Positions 1 through 15,482 of a stretch of 64,000 nt of DNA are shown one piece after another. A program made the position numbers and the translations under genes. The notes beneath the pieces are model-generated. The model was not told the origin of the DNA. It did no database searches and saw nothing but the letters and a program-made list of their open reading frames with translations. The stretch's first letter is position 1; each line of letters starts with the position of its first letter. The stretch lies in contig MCFH01000018.1 of the NCBI GenBank assembly GCA_002104945.1, forward strand, positions 124,001 through 188,000, in the 5' to 3' direction. The DNA comes from Piromyces finnis finn. Its lineage: Eukaryota; Fungi; Neocallimastigomycota.

Positions 1-820
1 GTTCATCATCAGAAAATTTTAATTGTTCTATTAATTTTTTTTCATTTGCGGAGATTTCTGTTGCCTCTTTAACGTGAGTTTGATACCTTATTGTAATCTC
101 TTCTAAAGATCTAACAATAAGTATTATTTTTAATATTTATATATATATATTAATTTTTTCAATAATTTTGTTATAATTTTATTGTTATGTATAATGTTAT
201 ATGCTTTTTTTTGCTTTTATTTTTATTTTCATACTTTTTATATTCTCCTAATTTTTTCTTATATTCTCTAATTTCATTCATAGCTCTACATAAATCATTA
301 TGTAACATGTTATTATCATTAGTAGATTTACTTAAATTTTCATTACATAATTCCAGACTTTTTTCAATTTCTATTTTCTTATTATTTAATGTTTTTAAAT
401 TTATTATTAATGTATCAATCTTTTTTTGATTATTGTTGTTTATTTTAGTAAGAGATTGAACTATATATAATATAATATATATGAACAAGATAAAATATTT
501 GTAAAAGAAGAAATAAAAATGTAAGAAAAAATATAGATTAATATTTATAACTATTTTGTATTGTATATCATAAAACTCTAAAATAAATACTTTTTTTTTT
601 TTTTACCTTCATGATTTTTTTTATTAACTTCTGTTTTCATTATTTCAATCTCTCTATTTTTATCTTTTTGTTGTTTAATTAACAGATTATTTTCTTGTTC
701 TAGTACTTCTAATTTAGCATTTGTTTCTTCCCTATAATTTAAAATATTGTTATATATATTATTATAATTACATATTTATTTTAATTAAAAAAAACTTATT
801 ATATGTATTTGGTATTTGAA

Positions 821-857
<37 letters not shown>

Positions 858-1961
858 CTTTGTTATCTCTAAAACTAAAAATTATAAAAATAACAGCAAA
901 ACAATGATTATATACCATTGTTCGTAATTATATGTTTGTTGTAATGAATTCTCAAACATATTAAATGGATTTTCTTGTTTTGTTTGTTGAGACAACTTTG
1001 AGAGTTCAGTCTTTAATTTACTGATTTCAATTTTATATGAATCATTATCAGATTTGAATTCCAATATTGAATTTTTTAACTCTGCATTTTCTCTTTGTAT
1101 ATCATTAATTTTTCCCTGTAAATTTGCATTTTCTTTTAATAAATTTGTATTTTTTGTTGTAATTTTTTCTTTATCACTCTATATTTGAAAAACAGGCAAA
1201 TTAAATTTAGAGCAAAAAAAAATATTAAAATCAGGAAGGTTAAAAATATATCATAATTTATCTTTTATTTTTATGAATGAACACATTTATTACATCACAA
1301 AATATACATTAAAATATCATATATATGTATATTACCTTATTATTATTGTTTTCATTTATTAACTCATTAATTTTATTATCATATGAATTAAATAATGGTT
1401 CTAAATATTTATAATGAACATCCCAATTATCATTGCTTATACCCAAATGAATCTATCAATATTAATAGAATATTTGATTCATTAAAGTTAGTAAAAAAAA
1501 ATAAACATTTTCAAAATAGAATATTTAAAATAAATAATAATAATAATAAAAATCATTACCTCACTTAATGGAATATCGATAACTGGTGGATATTTCTTTT
1601 GATATCTTGCCAATTCTTGATTTAGTCTATTAACTATTTTTAATATGAAAAATTAATAGAATTAATTATTTATATATCCTTTTTTTTTTTTTTCTTTAAA
1701 GAATAAATATATTTTCATGAATATACTACTTGTATCTTTTAAAATAGCAATTTGTTGATCATCAATTTTTGTATTTTGATTTGTATTATTTATTTTTTCT
1801 CGAATATATTCTCTATATTTCTTTTCACTTTCATCTTGTTCCATAATAAATTTTTTTTGCGCCTCTTGAGGATTTACTATTATTTCATTATTTTCGATAA
1901 CAGCATTTAATTTTAAAATATCATTATCAAAACTATTTGGTACTATTGAAATACCTTCCAT
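1..1961 (-). CDS. Multi-exon coiled-coil protein, 3' end outside the window; weak resemblance to centriolar protein CEP89
   Basis: ORF pieces 1662-1961, 882-1064 and 171-488 are joined by GT..AG introns and are heptad-rich. Segments QELARYQKKYPP, KYLEPLFNSYD and LEVLEQENNLLIKQQ recall CEP89 from memory only. Exon structure near 1300-1500 is not resolved. Confidence 0.55.
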
Positions 1962-4000
1962 TTTAGATTGATATTATAACAATACAAAAATTAATTAAAT
2001 CTAATGTATAAAAATATGACTTGAATTATCACCTATATCTTAAGAAATAAAAAAATATAGAAACTAAAATTAAAAGAACTAAATTACAAATCGATATATA
2101 TTAAAATATTAAAAGTATTTTCACAAAACAAAACAAAACAAAAAAAAAAAAAAAAAATCATTATTTTATATTAATTAAAGTTTAGTATTTATTTCAGTTT
2201 TGGTTTGGTTTACTAAAATGAAAGAAAAACAAGGAAATAAAGTTACAGTTATTTATTAAATTTTCGATTGTATTATATTTATTTGAAAATAATTTCTATT
2301 AATTTTAAAGTTCCCAAATAGGATGATTAATTTAATGAGCAGCAAAATGAGTCTATAAAATTTTTAAAATTATTAAAATTATTATTAATAATTTCAAGTT
2401 TGCAAATAGTTGACTTTAAAGATCTTTTATTTAATAGATACGATTTCAAATTAACTCCGCTGAAAAAGTATATTTTGAAAATTTTAATATTTTAACAACT
2501 TTCAAATTAAAATAGATTGAGGTATTAAATCCACTATAATTATAAAAAAGAAAAATATATACACTATATATATCAAAGAAAAGAATACCATATCAATAAT
2601 AATAAGATATTTTTTACATAGCTATGCATTTTTACCAATAAATACGTAATAATAAATAAATAAAATAAATAAAAAAAAAAAAAAAAGCATTTCACTAAAG
2701 TTAATTAATTTATAATTATTACTTAAAAATAAAATAATTTCAAACAACACACACTTAAAAATCATACATTTCAACAACTTACAAATTTAATTTCTCTTCA
2801 TAATTATTATTACAAAACCACACATAATCTTCTCTTTTTAACCCTCCAACAATTATTATTTATAAATTTTTAAATTCATTTTTACTTTTAAATAACAATA
2901 ATATTATCAGTTAGAAAAGTTAACATCAATAACATTCAGGTTGTTGAGCTTGAACTTTAATAAATCATCCTTAATATTATTATTATTTTTTATAAATTAA
3001 CATTTTATAGAATCTGCTAACTTAACAAATTTATAAATATTAATTTATATTCTTTTTAGGGTAAAAAAAATAGATAACTGCGCACTTTTTCTCTTATTTA
3101 TATTTATTTTAAAAATTATTCCACCAATCATTAAACGTTTAAAATAAGATGATTGATTAATTTAAATACATTTAAATAATGTAGATTTATTAATTAATGT
3201 ATGTATTTTAAATAATTTATTATTCTATTACTAGATATACAATAAAAATTAAAATATTAATACTAATACATTATTTATAATTATTTTCATTTATTTAAAT
3301 ACGATTTAATTACAAATTACAAATAAATTAAAAAAAGAATTTTTTAAAAAAATTTCTTTTATATTTTATTCTAGAAATGAAATGTTTATAAATGAAATAA
3401 ATAAAATAGCGTATTTATTTAATTTATTTACCTTAACATTCAAAGTATTGTGGGTATAATTATTTTTAAAGGTGATTATAAATGATGGTATAAGAATCTT
3501 TTATCTATAAAAGACATATATTTATTCAATTTCCAATATATAAATTATAATATTAAAAAGAATATAAGAAATTATATACAAGTAATTAATATACAAGTAT
3601 TAGGAAACATGTATGAAATAATCAAAACAAAATTGTTTATTTTGTTTTTATTTTGTTTTTACGCAATATATTTAAAAGAAGGCATTTGATATTAAATTAA
3701 CAACTAATTTAAAAAATAATTTGAAGTTTTTCTACGAAGAAGTTACTTTGAAGATGTTAAAATTTTTATTTCATTTGTGTATGTAATAGATATTTACTAC
3801 AAATGGAAATGAAACTTTATAATTTTAGTTTTCCATTTTTATTATTATTATTATTTATTTTTTAAATAATTTTTAATTTCACATACATTAAATTATCCTA
3901 TAATATACAAAAATAATTAAAAATTATAATTTTTACTTAATAATTATATATTTTCTTATTTTCCTTTTTGTTTTATTTGCTTTTCTACTCTAATAAAAAT

Positions 4001-4032
<32 letters not shown>

Positions 4033-4247
4033 GAGTTTTCTTTCAATAAATGAATTTACATACTCTTTTATCCTTGTAAATTATATGAATATAGAAAAAA
4101 AGAGTCTTTTAAGATTTATATTATTAATTTTCATGTTTCTAAAAATATTATTTTTATGATAGAATTTGTTTCCAAAATTGTATTTAAGATTTTAAATACA
4201 TTAAATTAGTAAAAAGTATGATTACCATCATATTTTTAATAATTAAT

Positions 4248-5443
4248 TTAAAATACTGTCATAATTATAGTTAAAACAGTGGTGATAAGAACAAAAATAA
4301 TTTCATATTTGTTATAATCTTTAACACCATTTTCTTTAATAGCATCTTCACTAGTTTTTTGAGTTCCTGAAATATGTTTGAAATCCTTATTTGTTGACCA
4401 AGTAAGCCAAACAATATTTAAAGCAGTAGAATCTTTGCTCCATTCACCAAAAGCCATAAAGAAAGCAGCATATTGGGCACCATTGTTATCAACCAATACG
4501 GCTGCAACTGTTTTTTCTGGGATATCGCTGTTTTCACTAAAGAATAATAATGGTTCAACACTGATGCCATTATTTTCATCAACAATAACAGCTGGGAAGT
4601 GATAAATACTAAATTAGAATAAAAAGTTTTAATCAGAATATTATATTAATGTAGGACTTTACTTTTTTATTAATTAAAACTATTAAATATTTACCCTTCA
4701 GTACTTAAATTAGAATTATTAATAGTCTCAGCTTCACTTATATCTTCTTGAGCAATAAGAATTTGTTTTTGTTGATATACTCTTTCTGCTTCTTCATCCT
4801 TATATTCTTTATAAACTCTTGTTGAAGTATAATTACTTGGATATTCATTTAAAAAAACTAAACGTGAGCTGTAATTTCTTGAATAATCATAAAAATATTC
4901 CCATTGATCATAGGTAAGAGCACTTTGCCAATTACTTCCTGATTGTGATTCAGCATGATTATAACTTACACGTCCATTTGGGAATACTATAACTTTATAT
5001 TTTGCTGCTTTTTCTCCATTTGATAAAGTACAATAAATTTGCTTGTCTAATTCTTCATTACTTACACCAGATTTTGGAATCTTAAAAACATTATATGGAA
5101 TCTGTTTTAAACAATTTAAATAGTTTAGTATTCGTTAAATTTTTTAAATTTGTTATTTTTGTTTAAAATTAAAATGTAAAAGTAAGAAGAAGAATAAAAA
5201 AAAATAAATTTATTTAAATTATGAAAATACTCTTTTTTTTAATAATATATATTTATTACATATTAAATTTAAATATATTACATCATATTGTTTAAAAGTC
5301 TTGATAGCAGAAGCATAATCATTTGAGGAATCATTTTCAATAGTAATTACTAAAAAATCAGATGTAACATCTTCACAAAATGCTACCAAAGGTAACATTA
5401 ACAAAATAGCTAATTGAACAATTGATTTACAATTCATTTTCAT
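4248..5443 (-). CDS. Secreted, probably GPI-anchored stand-alone CBM87-like (Agd3 N-terminal domain) protein, paralog A; 2 introns
   Basis: Spliced product has a signal peptide, then FPNGRVSY, WQSALTYDQWEYFYDYSRNYSSRLVFLNEYPS, STEG|IYHFPA, TVAAV, AFFMAFGEWS and WLTWST, matching the Aspergillus Agd3 N-terminal domain as recalled. It ends in a hydrophobic tail. Confidence 0.8.
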
Positions 5444-6558
5444 TTATGTATATAAATTTCTATTTTTTCTTTCTTCTTTTTCTTTTTTGCTTCTTTCCTC
5501 TGTTCTTATCTTAATTTATAATATATTTATATATATTATAATTAATATTTTTAAGATGACACCAACTTTTTTTTTCTAATTTAAAAAAAAAAAAAGGTTT
5601 TTATTATCTTTTTAATAATATTTAATAATATTAATAATTATGATAATAATATTAATATCAAATAATAAAAAAATAAAAAGGAAATAAATTAAAAAATAGG
5701 GGTTTATTTATTAAGAAATATATAAATATAAATAAATTTAATGAAAATAAAGTCCATTACCAAATCCACATTTTTTCTGTTAAATTTTAATAGATATAAA
5801 ATAAACTAATTTTAATATTTTTATTAATTTAATTATATTAAATGTTTGAAAATAATTCATCTACTTTTAAAAATTAATCCAATAAAATGTAAGCATTTAT
5901 AATTTTAAATTAAAAAAAAGTAATTTTAATAAATATTAAAATTAATTATTTTTATGACATTCTTATTAAAAATTAAATGAATAAAGGGATGATGATGATG
6001 AATAATTAATACATCATTTATTTTGGATAGCATAAAGATAAAGATATAAGTATTAATGTGTGTTAATAATACTTTTTAACTTTATATAAAAAATTGAAAA
6101 AAAAGACATTTATAAGGAAAAAGAAAATAATATAATTCTAGTTATTTTCCATTATAAATATACAACAAAATTGGAATAAACAGTAAAAAGTTTTACTTAT
6201 TTTAAAAAAAAAATTCCATATTAAATTGTCATTTGATTAATGAAAAAACAAATTAGTATTTTAAATTTAATTTACATGATAAATTGAAAATTCATATTAA
6301 AAATTAAAAGAATAATGTATATAAATTAATTAATAAAAAAAGTTAAGAATATAAAATGAATGAAATGACAATTGAATGATAATATATTTTTCATATATAA
6401 TTGACTTTTATTTTTTATTTCTCTAAAATAATATTTTAATACATATATATAATAAATCTTTAAATATAATAATTTTAAATAATTTATATTAAAAAAAAAT
6501 TATTAAATTTATATATTGTATAATACGATTATTATTATGTTTTTTTCTTTTATTACTT

Positions 6559-8166
6559 TCATAAAAGATTAATAAAAATTGCAAGTATAGTGAAAATGAT
6601 AATAAAATTGCATTCACTTTTTCCATATTTTCTTAAGCCACTACTTTCGCTGTCATAACTATTTTCTTCTATAGCTTCTTTTGTTGTAACCTTTTTATTA
6701 GATGTATATTTTAAGTCTTTCTGTGTTGCCCATGTAAGCCATACAATATTTAATGCAGTTGATGTTGAACTCCATTCACCTTTATATATATAATGTGTAT
6801 TTTAAAAATTATTATTATGATGATGATGATGATGATGTTTATATTCTTAATTTTTCTTCTTACCAAAAGCCATAAAAAATGCTACATAGAGAGCACCATT
6901 ATTATTAACCGTAACTGCTGCAACTGTTTTTTCTGGGTAATTAAGAGTTTCGCCAAAGTATAAAAGTGGTTCAGCTGTAACTCCGTTACCATAGTCCACT
7001 ATCTTTGCTGGAAAATGATATATACTATTAACATAACAAATATTTAGATAACATTTATGTATAAACAAAATTGGATTCAAAGAATATATATATTAAGTAT
7101 AATAGTAATATTTATTATGTATATTGAATATCGGATGTTTATATATAAATATTAATTGAATGAATTATTTAATAATATTAATAAAGAATCTTTTTTTATT
7201 TATTTATTTATTTATAGTATATATAATATGTACCCAGATGTAGTTAATATTGAATTATTTATAGTTTCTTCTTCAGTAATTCCCTTTTCCGCAATAATTC
7301 TTTGTTTTAATTGATAATTAATTTTTGCTTCTTCTTCATTAAATTCACGATATAAAGAAGTTGAAGTATAATTACTTGGATATTCATTTAAGAAAACTAA
7401 ACGAGCACCATATGATCTAGAATAATCATAAAATAATTCCCATTGATCATATCTAAGAGCACTTTGCCAATCACTTTGAGATGTTTGTGAATAGTCTGCA
7501 TGATCATAACTAATTCTTCCATTTGGAAAAACTAAAACCTTATATTTTGGTATTTTCGAACCCGTATTACTAATGGTAAAAAGGTTATTTTCTAATTCTT
7601 CATTACTAATACCTCCTTGTGAAATAGAAATAACATTATATGGAATCTAAAATTTTATGTATTTATTTATTAAAAGATAATGAAATAATAAGAATATCAA
7701 TTATAAATTGAAAAATTACTTATTTATGTAATTTTTATAGTATTTTTAGTATTGTTATAATAATTCATTATATAGAACTTTAAATAAAAGTTGTTATCAT
7801 TAAATTATTATATATATATATACATTTGTTTTTCAATAATTGATATCTAATACTAATTACATTATTATATTCATATTTTTTATAACTTGTTTTATCATCT
7901 CAGTCATTCATATAACTTTATTAATATTTTCATGATAAAAAAATTTTTTCTTAAAAATATTTATTAAAATATTGAATATTTATTATTTATTAATAGATTA
8001 TTACTTCATATTTTATAAAAGTTTGCATTGCTGATGCATAATCCCCTGTATTTCCATTACTTTCTGTTGTTAAAACTAGAATTTCAGATGGATCATCATT
8101 TTTACCATAGATAATTAATGGTAATGTCAATAGTATTGAAAAATGAAAAATTGACTTTAAATTCAT
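6559..8166 (-). CDS. CBM87-like GPI-anchored protein, paralog B; 3 introns
   Basis: ATG at 8166 (MNLKSIFHFSILLTLPLIIYG). Motifs FPNGRISY, WQSALRYDQWELFYDYSRSYGARLVFLNEYPS, YHFPAKI, AFFMAF|GEWS. Hydrophobic tail IIFTILAIFINLL, TGA at 6559-6561. Confidence 0.8.
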
Positions 8167-8456
8167 TTTGTTTTGTATTTATTATTATTGTAAAATACTC
8201 TATATATGATAATGACAATTATTATTACTATATGATTGTTTAATTATTAGTAGTAGTATTTCTATATAAATTATTTTATATTATATTCCCATTTAGTTCA
8301 GGATTTATCACAAAAAAAGCTGATACTAATTATTATTAATAATTCTTTTTATTGTTTTTGTTTTATAAAACAAAATAAAAAATATAATTATATTATAATT
8401 TTTTAATAATTTAGATTAAAAATGAAAGAGAGAATATTATCTCTTAGATTTGTTTT

Positions 8457-8491
<35 letters not shown>

Positions 8492-9473
8492 TTATTTATT
8501 AATTTTATTTAATATTTTTATAATCTTGGTTTATAATGAGTATATATAAAACTTTTTCTAATTCATTACTAAATTCATATAATTAAACTTTTTTAAACTT
8601 TTACATATAATATAAATAATAGGATGTTTTGATAATTAAAAAGATATTCCTGATATATTATTGGAATAATTAATTATTTAATCTATAGTTAATGAACAAA
8701 TGAAATAGAAAATTAAAAGTGTTTAACTCCATCGTACCCATTTTAAATAAAATTATTTCAAAAAGAAAAATAATAATTAAAATTTGGTAAAAATTTTTAA
8801 ATAATAAAATTGACATTTTTTTTTTTTAGCTAAAGTTTAAATATTTTCTTTTTTTAAAAAATATATATAAAATATATATAAAAACAAAATATTACAATTT
8901 TAATTGGTTTGTTAATCCTCATATAACAGCATTTCAATAATAATCAAACGATTAATTAACTTTATTTAAAAAATAATAATAACAATAAATGCAGCAATAT
9001 TATTTACAATAATAATAAATAAAATTTTAAACAAAAAAAAAGAGAGACAAACTTTAACTATTAATATTTCTCTAAGATAATTATAAAAAATGTTTATTTA
9101 AATTTAAAAGTTTCAGATTTTGATCTTACATCCATTTTATAGCTTAATATGATAGTTATTGGTTACCATTAATTAACTCTTTAAACATTTATTATGATCA
9201 ATAAAACAGACATTTAAATAAAAATTAGAAGGTCATTATATGTAGCTAAATATACTTTTAATACTTTTAACAAGGTAATCATTTCATATGCTGACAATAT
9301 CAAGTGATGGTAAATAACTCTGGGAATGCCTTATAAAAAATAACAATAACAGTTATACAACTTAAATTTTTAGAAGATATATATACATGTATATTTTATG
9401 CTAATAACTCATATTATTCTAAATTTATAAGAAATTTTCGAATATCAAGAAACTCTTATTTTAAAAATTTTTT

Positions 9474-9632
9474 AATAATAGCTTTACTTTATTACTGATT
9501 TAATAAAGTTTCTTTTGTAAAAAAAAAAAAAAAAAAAAAAGATTTTTTCAATAATAGCTTTACTTTATTACTGATTTAATAAAGTTTCTTTTGTAAAAAA
9601 AAAAAAAAAAAAAAAAAAAGATTTTTTCAATA
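9474..9632 (+). repeat. Tandem duplication of a ~76-79 bp unit containing AATAAA and a poly(A) run
   Basis: AATAATAGCTTTACTTTATTACTGATTTAATAAAGTTTCTTTTGT-(A)n-GATTTTTTC occurs twice, with A22 and A25. Confidence 0.85.
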
Positions 9633-9795
9633 AAAAAAAAGTAAGTGAGAAACTTTAATAATATTAAAAAAAATTGTTATTTCCTTTTTTTTAATAATAA
9701 AAACTTCCTAAAAAAAAATGAAATAAAATAATTGAATCATTTATACTAACACATCCACATCCACATTCTATTATTATTATGATTTGCTTTATAAT

Positions 9796-9933
<138 letters not shown>

Positions 9934-10849
9934 ATTATTTATTTATTATTATTTATTTTACTATAGCATTTTTAAAAAAAATCTTTTTAAAAAATATACT
10001 TTTTTATATAAAATAATAAAATATTTTATAATAATTGCCTTAATAGCAATTTTAATAGTAGCATAATAGGATATTTTCATATATATTGTTATATGATATC
10101 TTGTGTTTTTGTTTTAATATCATTTTTATATAAAATATAACATTATTATAATAACAATTATATTTTAATATCATTAATAAAAAAAAAAAGATAGTATTGC
10201 TTATACCTATACTTTAAATTTAATTAATCAGTTCATAATATAAATTTAATCTTCAAAAAAAAAAAAAAAAAAAAAAAAAAGTAGAGAAATTTTATATCAT
10301 GAACCTTAATCCTTTTATATATTATTATTATTATTATTATAAGATTTATTATTTGAATATGAAAATAATTTATAAATCATTTTTATATCAAATAAATAAA
10401 TTTATATTTTTTTGATATATATATATATCATAATAGAATTATACTTTTTCTATTCCTATTCATAAAAATTTTATTTATTTTTATATGGAATAGACGTTAT
10501 TATTGATTTTTCTTTTTACGATTATATATATATATTACATCAATTATGGTTATTATTATTATTATCATTTTTTTGTCTTTGCTAGAAAAGATACTCCTCT
10601 TTTTTGAGAGTGGATTTTGACCCCCTTTTTCGAACATCAGCTACTCTTATTTTTTTGTATATTATTGTACTATTTATTATTAAATTTAGTGATTTTTTTT
10701 TCATTTGTTTGTTTTGTTAATATAATTAGTATTGTTATTGTAGTTGCTTTTTTTTTAAAAAAAAATTAAATTTGTTACTTTTGTTTTTATTTTACTTTTA
10801 AAAAAAATAATAATATATTTTTTGTTTCCTATTTTTCATTTATTTATAT

Positions 10850-12039
10850 TTATAATAAATAAAAAAAGGTAAGTAATGATGAAAGAGTAATAAAAAGTAT
10901 TCCTAATTTTCTATTTCTTTCTGCATCAGAAGAAATATTATTTTTAACATTTAATAAAGCTTGTTCTGTTGTAACATCTTGAGTTGAAGATAAATCTTTT
11001 AAGTCCATTTCAGTAGCCCAACTTAACCATAATATATTTAATGCATGAGATGTCTTGCTCCATCCACCAAAAGCCATGAAATAGGCAGCATATTTAGCAC
11101 CAGCATTATTAACTGAAACAGCTGCAATAGTTTTTTCAGGGAGAACATCATTTTCATTAAAGTATAATAATGGCTCAGCAAAAACAGTTTCAGTATTTTG
11201 AAGTTTAGCAGGGAAATGATAAATACTATTTCATTATTTATGATTATACGTAATATAAAAAAATATTTTAATTCATTTGTTTTATACTTATTTTAAATAT
11301 TTGTATTTGCAATACAAAAAAAAAAAAAATTAAATATATCTCATATAATAGATATATAATTGTTTATAAGTAGGTGACATACTTATTAGTATCTAAATTA
11401 GCGGAATTAATAGCTTCAGCTCCGGTAGTTCCAGGAGCTGCAGAAATTTTTTGTAGTGAAGTAAATATGTTATTATTATCATTATCACTGTATAACATTG
11501 TAGCGGTATAATTGCTTGGATATTCATTTAAAAATACTAAACGAGAACCAAATGATCTTGAATATTGATATATTTCTTCCCATTGAAGAGGTTTTATAGC
11601 ACTTGTCCATATATCGTCATCATTATAACTAATTCTACCATTTGGGAATACAATAGCTTTATATTTTGCATTACCATTATCATCATAGAGAGCATTATGA
11701 AGGTCTTCATCTAAAATACCTGATTTTTTAATTTTAATTCTATGTCTATTAATCTATTTTCATTTTAATATAAATAATAATTAAAGAATAATATATATTC
11801 AACAGTTAATATGTTTTTTTTTTTTTTTTTTTTTAATATTATAATATTTATAATATATATTTTTAATTCTATCTTACGGAATATTTTTCCATAGTTTCAA
11901 GAATAGAATTTGTAGCTAAATCTTCGCTTTCATTATCATCAGTAGTAACAATTAAAATATTTTTATTTAATTGTTGACATATTACAGAAGCTGAACCAAA
12001 TAATATTAATGATAACTTTGAAAATAATTTGAAATACAT
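10850..12039 (-). CDS. CBM87-like GPI-anchored protein, paralog C; 2 introns
   Basis: ATG at 12039 (MYFKLFSKLSLILFGSASVIC). Motifs FPNGRISY, WTSAIKPLQWEEIYQYSRSFGSRLVFLNEYPS, YHFPAK, MAFGGWS, WLSWAT, then a hydrophobic tail. Confidence 0.8.
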
Positions 12040-13741
12040 TTTTTTAAAAAAAATATAAGTATCTATTATAAACAAATAAACAATTTATTGATTTTTATTG
12101 TTTTTTTTTTTTTTATTTATTATTTATAACTTTTGAACAAACTTTTATTTTTATGTTTGTTTGCTTTTTATAATAATCTATATTTTTTCTTTTTTTTTTA
12201 TTTTTTTTTTTTTAGATTTTTAAAATCTAAGTTATTTTATTAATTATTTATATTTTGTAAATCTTTCTTTTTAAGATGTTCAAAATCAAATTTAATTAAT
12301 TACAGAAAAAAAGCTTAATAATTATAATAATTTTTGAAGTACAAAAATAAAAAAAAACGAATAATTTAATTTAATGAATAAATAAATATAATTATAAATA
12401 AATAATATATTATAATAAATGAATATATATAATTAAAAAATAAATAATATGATTCATAATTAATTTTTAATATAAAATATTAATATATACTTTAAAAAAA
12501 AAATAATATACCTAAATTTATACATTTATTAATATTTTATATTCATTATACTAAATCACAACGAAGACGAAACTATTAGTTTTTCATTTAAAAATAGTTT
12601 TTACGAATGAATAATATTAGCACTTAAATACATAGTTTTATATAAAAGCATATTAAAATTAAAAATAATAATAAACCATTTATATTTATATATCAATAAA
12701 ATTGGAATTGCACTAAAAAAAGATAATTAAAACATTTTATATGTTTTATATGTTTTATTAAAAAAAAAAAATTTAAATATGTAAATAAATTATAATTCGG
12801 TTTTTAATATATAAAAGTTTCAAGATATAAAAAAAAAAAAAAAAAGTACAAATAAGTACAAAATTTCTCATCATAATAAAAGAAACTATTGTATATTATT
12901 AATATATATATAACATAAAGGAAAAAAAGAAATAATATACAAAACATTTCATTAAAGATTTTTTATTATTATTATTTATTTACTTTATTTTATTTTCCTT
13001 GTTAACTTTATTATTATTATCGCTTTAATGGAAACGTTAGTCTCATTATAAAATTTAATTAAAAGAAACTTCTATAAATCAAAATAACATACTTTTAAAA
13101 GATTAAAGTTAATAGAAAAACAATATTAATTGCTTCATAGTTAAATTAATAAAAAAAAAAAAAAAAAACTTTATTATTAATAATAATTTGATAAGCAAGA
13201 AATATAATTATATAATTACTAGAGTTAAAATTAAATATTAATAAAATTAAAAAAAAAAAATAAATATACACAATATATTTCTTCTAATATCTTGTTACTC
13301 CTATTATTGTTAAAATGTTTATTACTTTTATATATTTCTATATACAAAATAGAATTAATTACTATAAACAAATATAACAATTTTATAACATGCAAAAATT
13401 CAATACCTATAATTATATAAGTAGTAAAGAAAACCTTTTAATAAAAATTATGTATTAACATGAAATTGCACAAATTATTAATTTTATATAATACAAGAAG
13501 AATTGTTATTTTATTGTTTTGCCTTATAAATATTTTTTTTTATTTATTTATTTTATCATTATTATTACTTTTAATTGTATCTTTAATTGTTTTTATTTTC
13601 TTGCTGATAATTTACAATTTTGTTTAATTGCACTTGTACATATTGAATGTCTTATTTTCATTTTGTTTCAATTTTAACAAAATTTAAAAATTTTACAAGA
13701 ATATACTAATTGTTGTTGATAATAACTTAATATCTTATAAC

Positions 13742-13897
13742 TTAAACATCAACCTTGCTCTTCCAAAGACCATCATTGAGATAATGAATAGTTTCAATAC
13801 CAATATCCTTGTTAATCTTACGACTATAATATAAAATAAAATATAAAATGAATTATTAATATTTTCAAATTTAGTATATTATTTAAAAGAAATAACA

Positions 13898-13928
<31 letters not shown>

Positions 13929-15482
13929 TACTGGTAATCTATTTCTATTATATCATTTATTTCATAACTTAATAAAATAGAAATAATAATTCTATAATCA
14001 TATTTATATTGAAATTATCTTCATGAAAAAAAGTGGAAATCTATAATTGAATTAATTAGAATAATATACATGCTTTCATTTCTTTTCATAACTATTAGTA
14101 ACAAAAATATATTATTGAAAAATTGAATCTTATAATAGTATTTATTATTATCCTAATAATTATAAAGTTTATGATTAAATGTTTTAAAATCTAATTTTTA
14201 TTTCGTTGTTTAAATTTTAATATTTCTATATCAATTTTAATAATGTTTTTAATGTACATATATCTATGTTTTTAAAACCAATATTGTTTTTAAACTTTTA
14301 ATAAATTTCATATTTATATTTTGATATTTTTATAATTCCTATATTTTCTTAGTATTTTGGTGTGATTTTCTTTTTAATTCATTAATTTTTGAATTATTTT
14401 TTTTATTATTTTTTTCCTTTTAAAAAAAAAATAAAATTAAAATTAAATAGAATATATATAAAAAAAATATAATTACATATCATCAGTAGAAAGTTTAGTA
14501 ACACCAACAGCAATAGCATGTTGTTTTCCTTCACAGAAAATAGCTACGATTGAATCAGCTGGAAGAGATTCATCCATTCTAGCACCTGGTGAAGTAAGAC
14601 CTGGACACATAATATTAGCACCTGATAAAATAAATTTAATAGCACCTCTATCAACTTGAACCTTTGGCATCATATCAGGATCTTATTAAATATAATTAAT
14701 TTGTAATATACAATAATTATTGTTGTGTTTTATTAATAATTATAAATACATTAACATTAAAATTAATGTGATTTTGATAATCAAAATATTGTTAAATATT
14801 ATTATATTGTTAAATATAATTTTATTTTTAATAATAAAAAAATATTAGCAAGTGTTTTTAATTTAAGACATTCTTAATTATATATAAAAAATATAAAAAT
14901 TGTTACATTTATGTAATAATCTAAGACTTGGGTAGTATGGACCATCATAACTGTTAAAGAATAAAATTTCATTATTCATTGAAATTAAAGTAATTCTTTC
15001 ATGACTTTTTATAAATAAAGATAAATAATATGTAAGAAATTAGAAATGAATATTTTAAAATTTTCCTTTTTTTCTTATCATGTATATGTATATAAATTCG
15101 AGATTTGAATTTCTTTTTTTGAAATAAAGAAACGATAAAAAAAAAATATTGATATTATTTATTTATTTATTAATTAATTAATATTCTTTATATACCATTT
15201 AATTTGAATTAAAGGTGTCTTTTTTGGCATAACTTCATCAATTACAGGAGTTAATTTTGGATATTGTTCTAAAATTTTAGCACGAATGGATCTTTGAACT
15301 GATGATTTTACTTGAGAATGACCATTAACATTCTCACTATAGGAAAATCTATAATTATTAAAATTTAATATTAATATACATGGCTTTATTATCGTTGTTG
15401 AATTTTAAAAAATAATTATATTTAAGCATAATAATTGTATTTTTATTATTTATTGAAATGATTGATCTTACTTCTTGAACAT
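13742..15482 (-). CDS. TMA20: MCTS1/Tma20 PUA-domain translation re-initiation factor; 4 introns
   Basis: Spliced MFKK|FSYSENV...QIKC|HERITL...PSLRLLHK|[33 protein letters not shown]...|[22 protein letters not shown] closely matches MCT-1. Confidence 0.93.

Noticed and set aside
10575-10650. Small GC-richer patch downstream of paralog C
   Set aside because: Too short, with no ORF, repeat partner or convincing structure.
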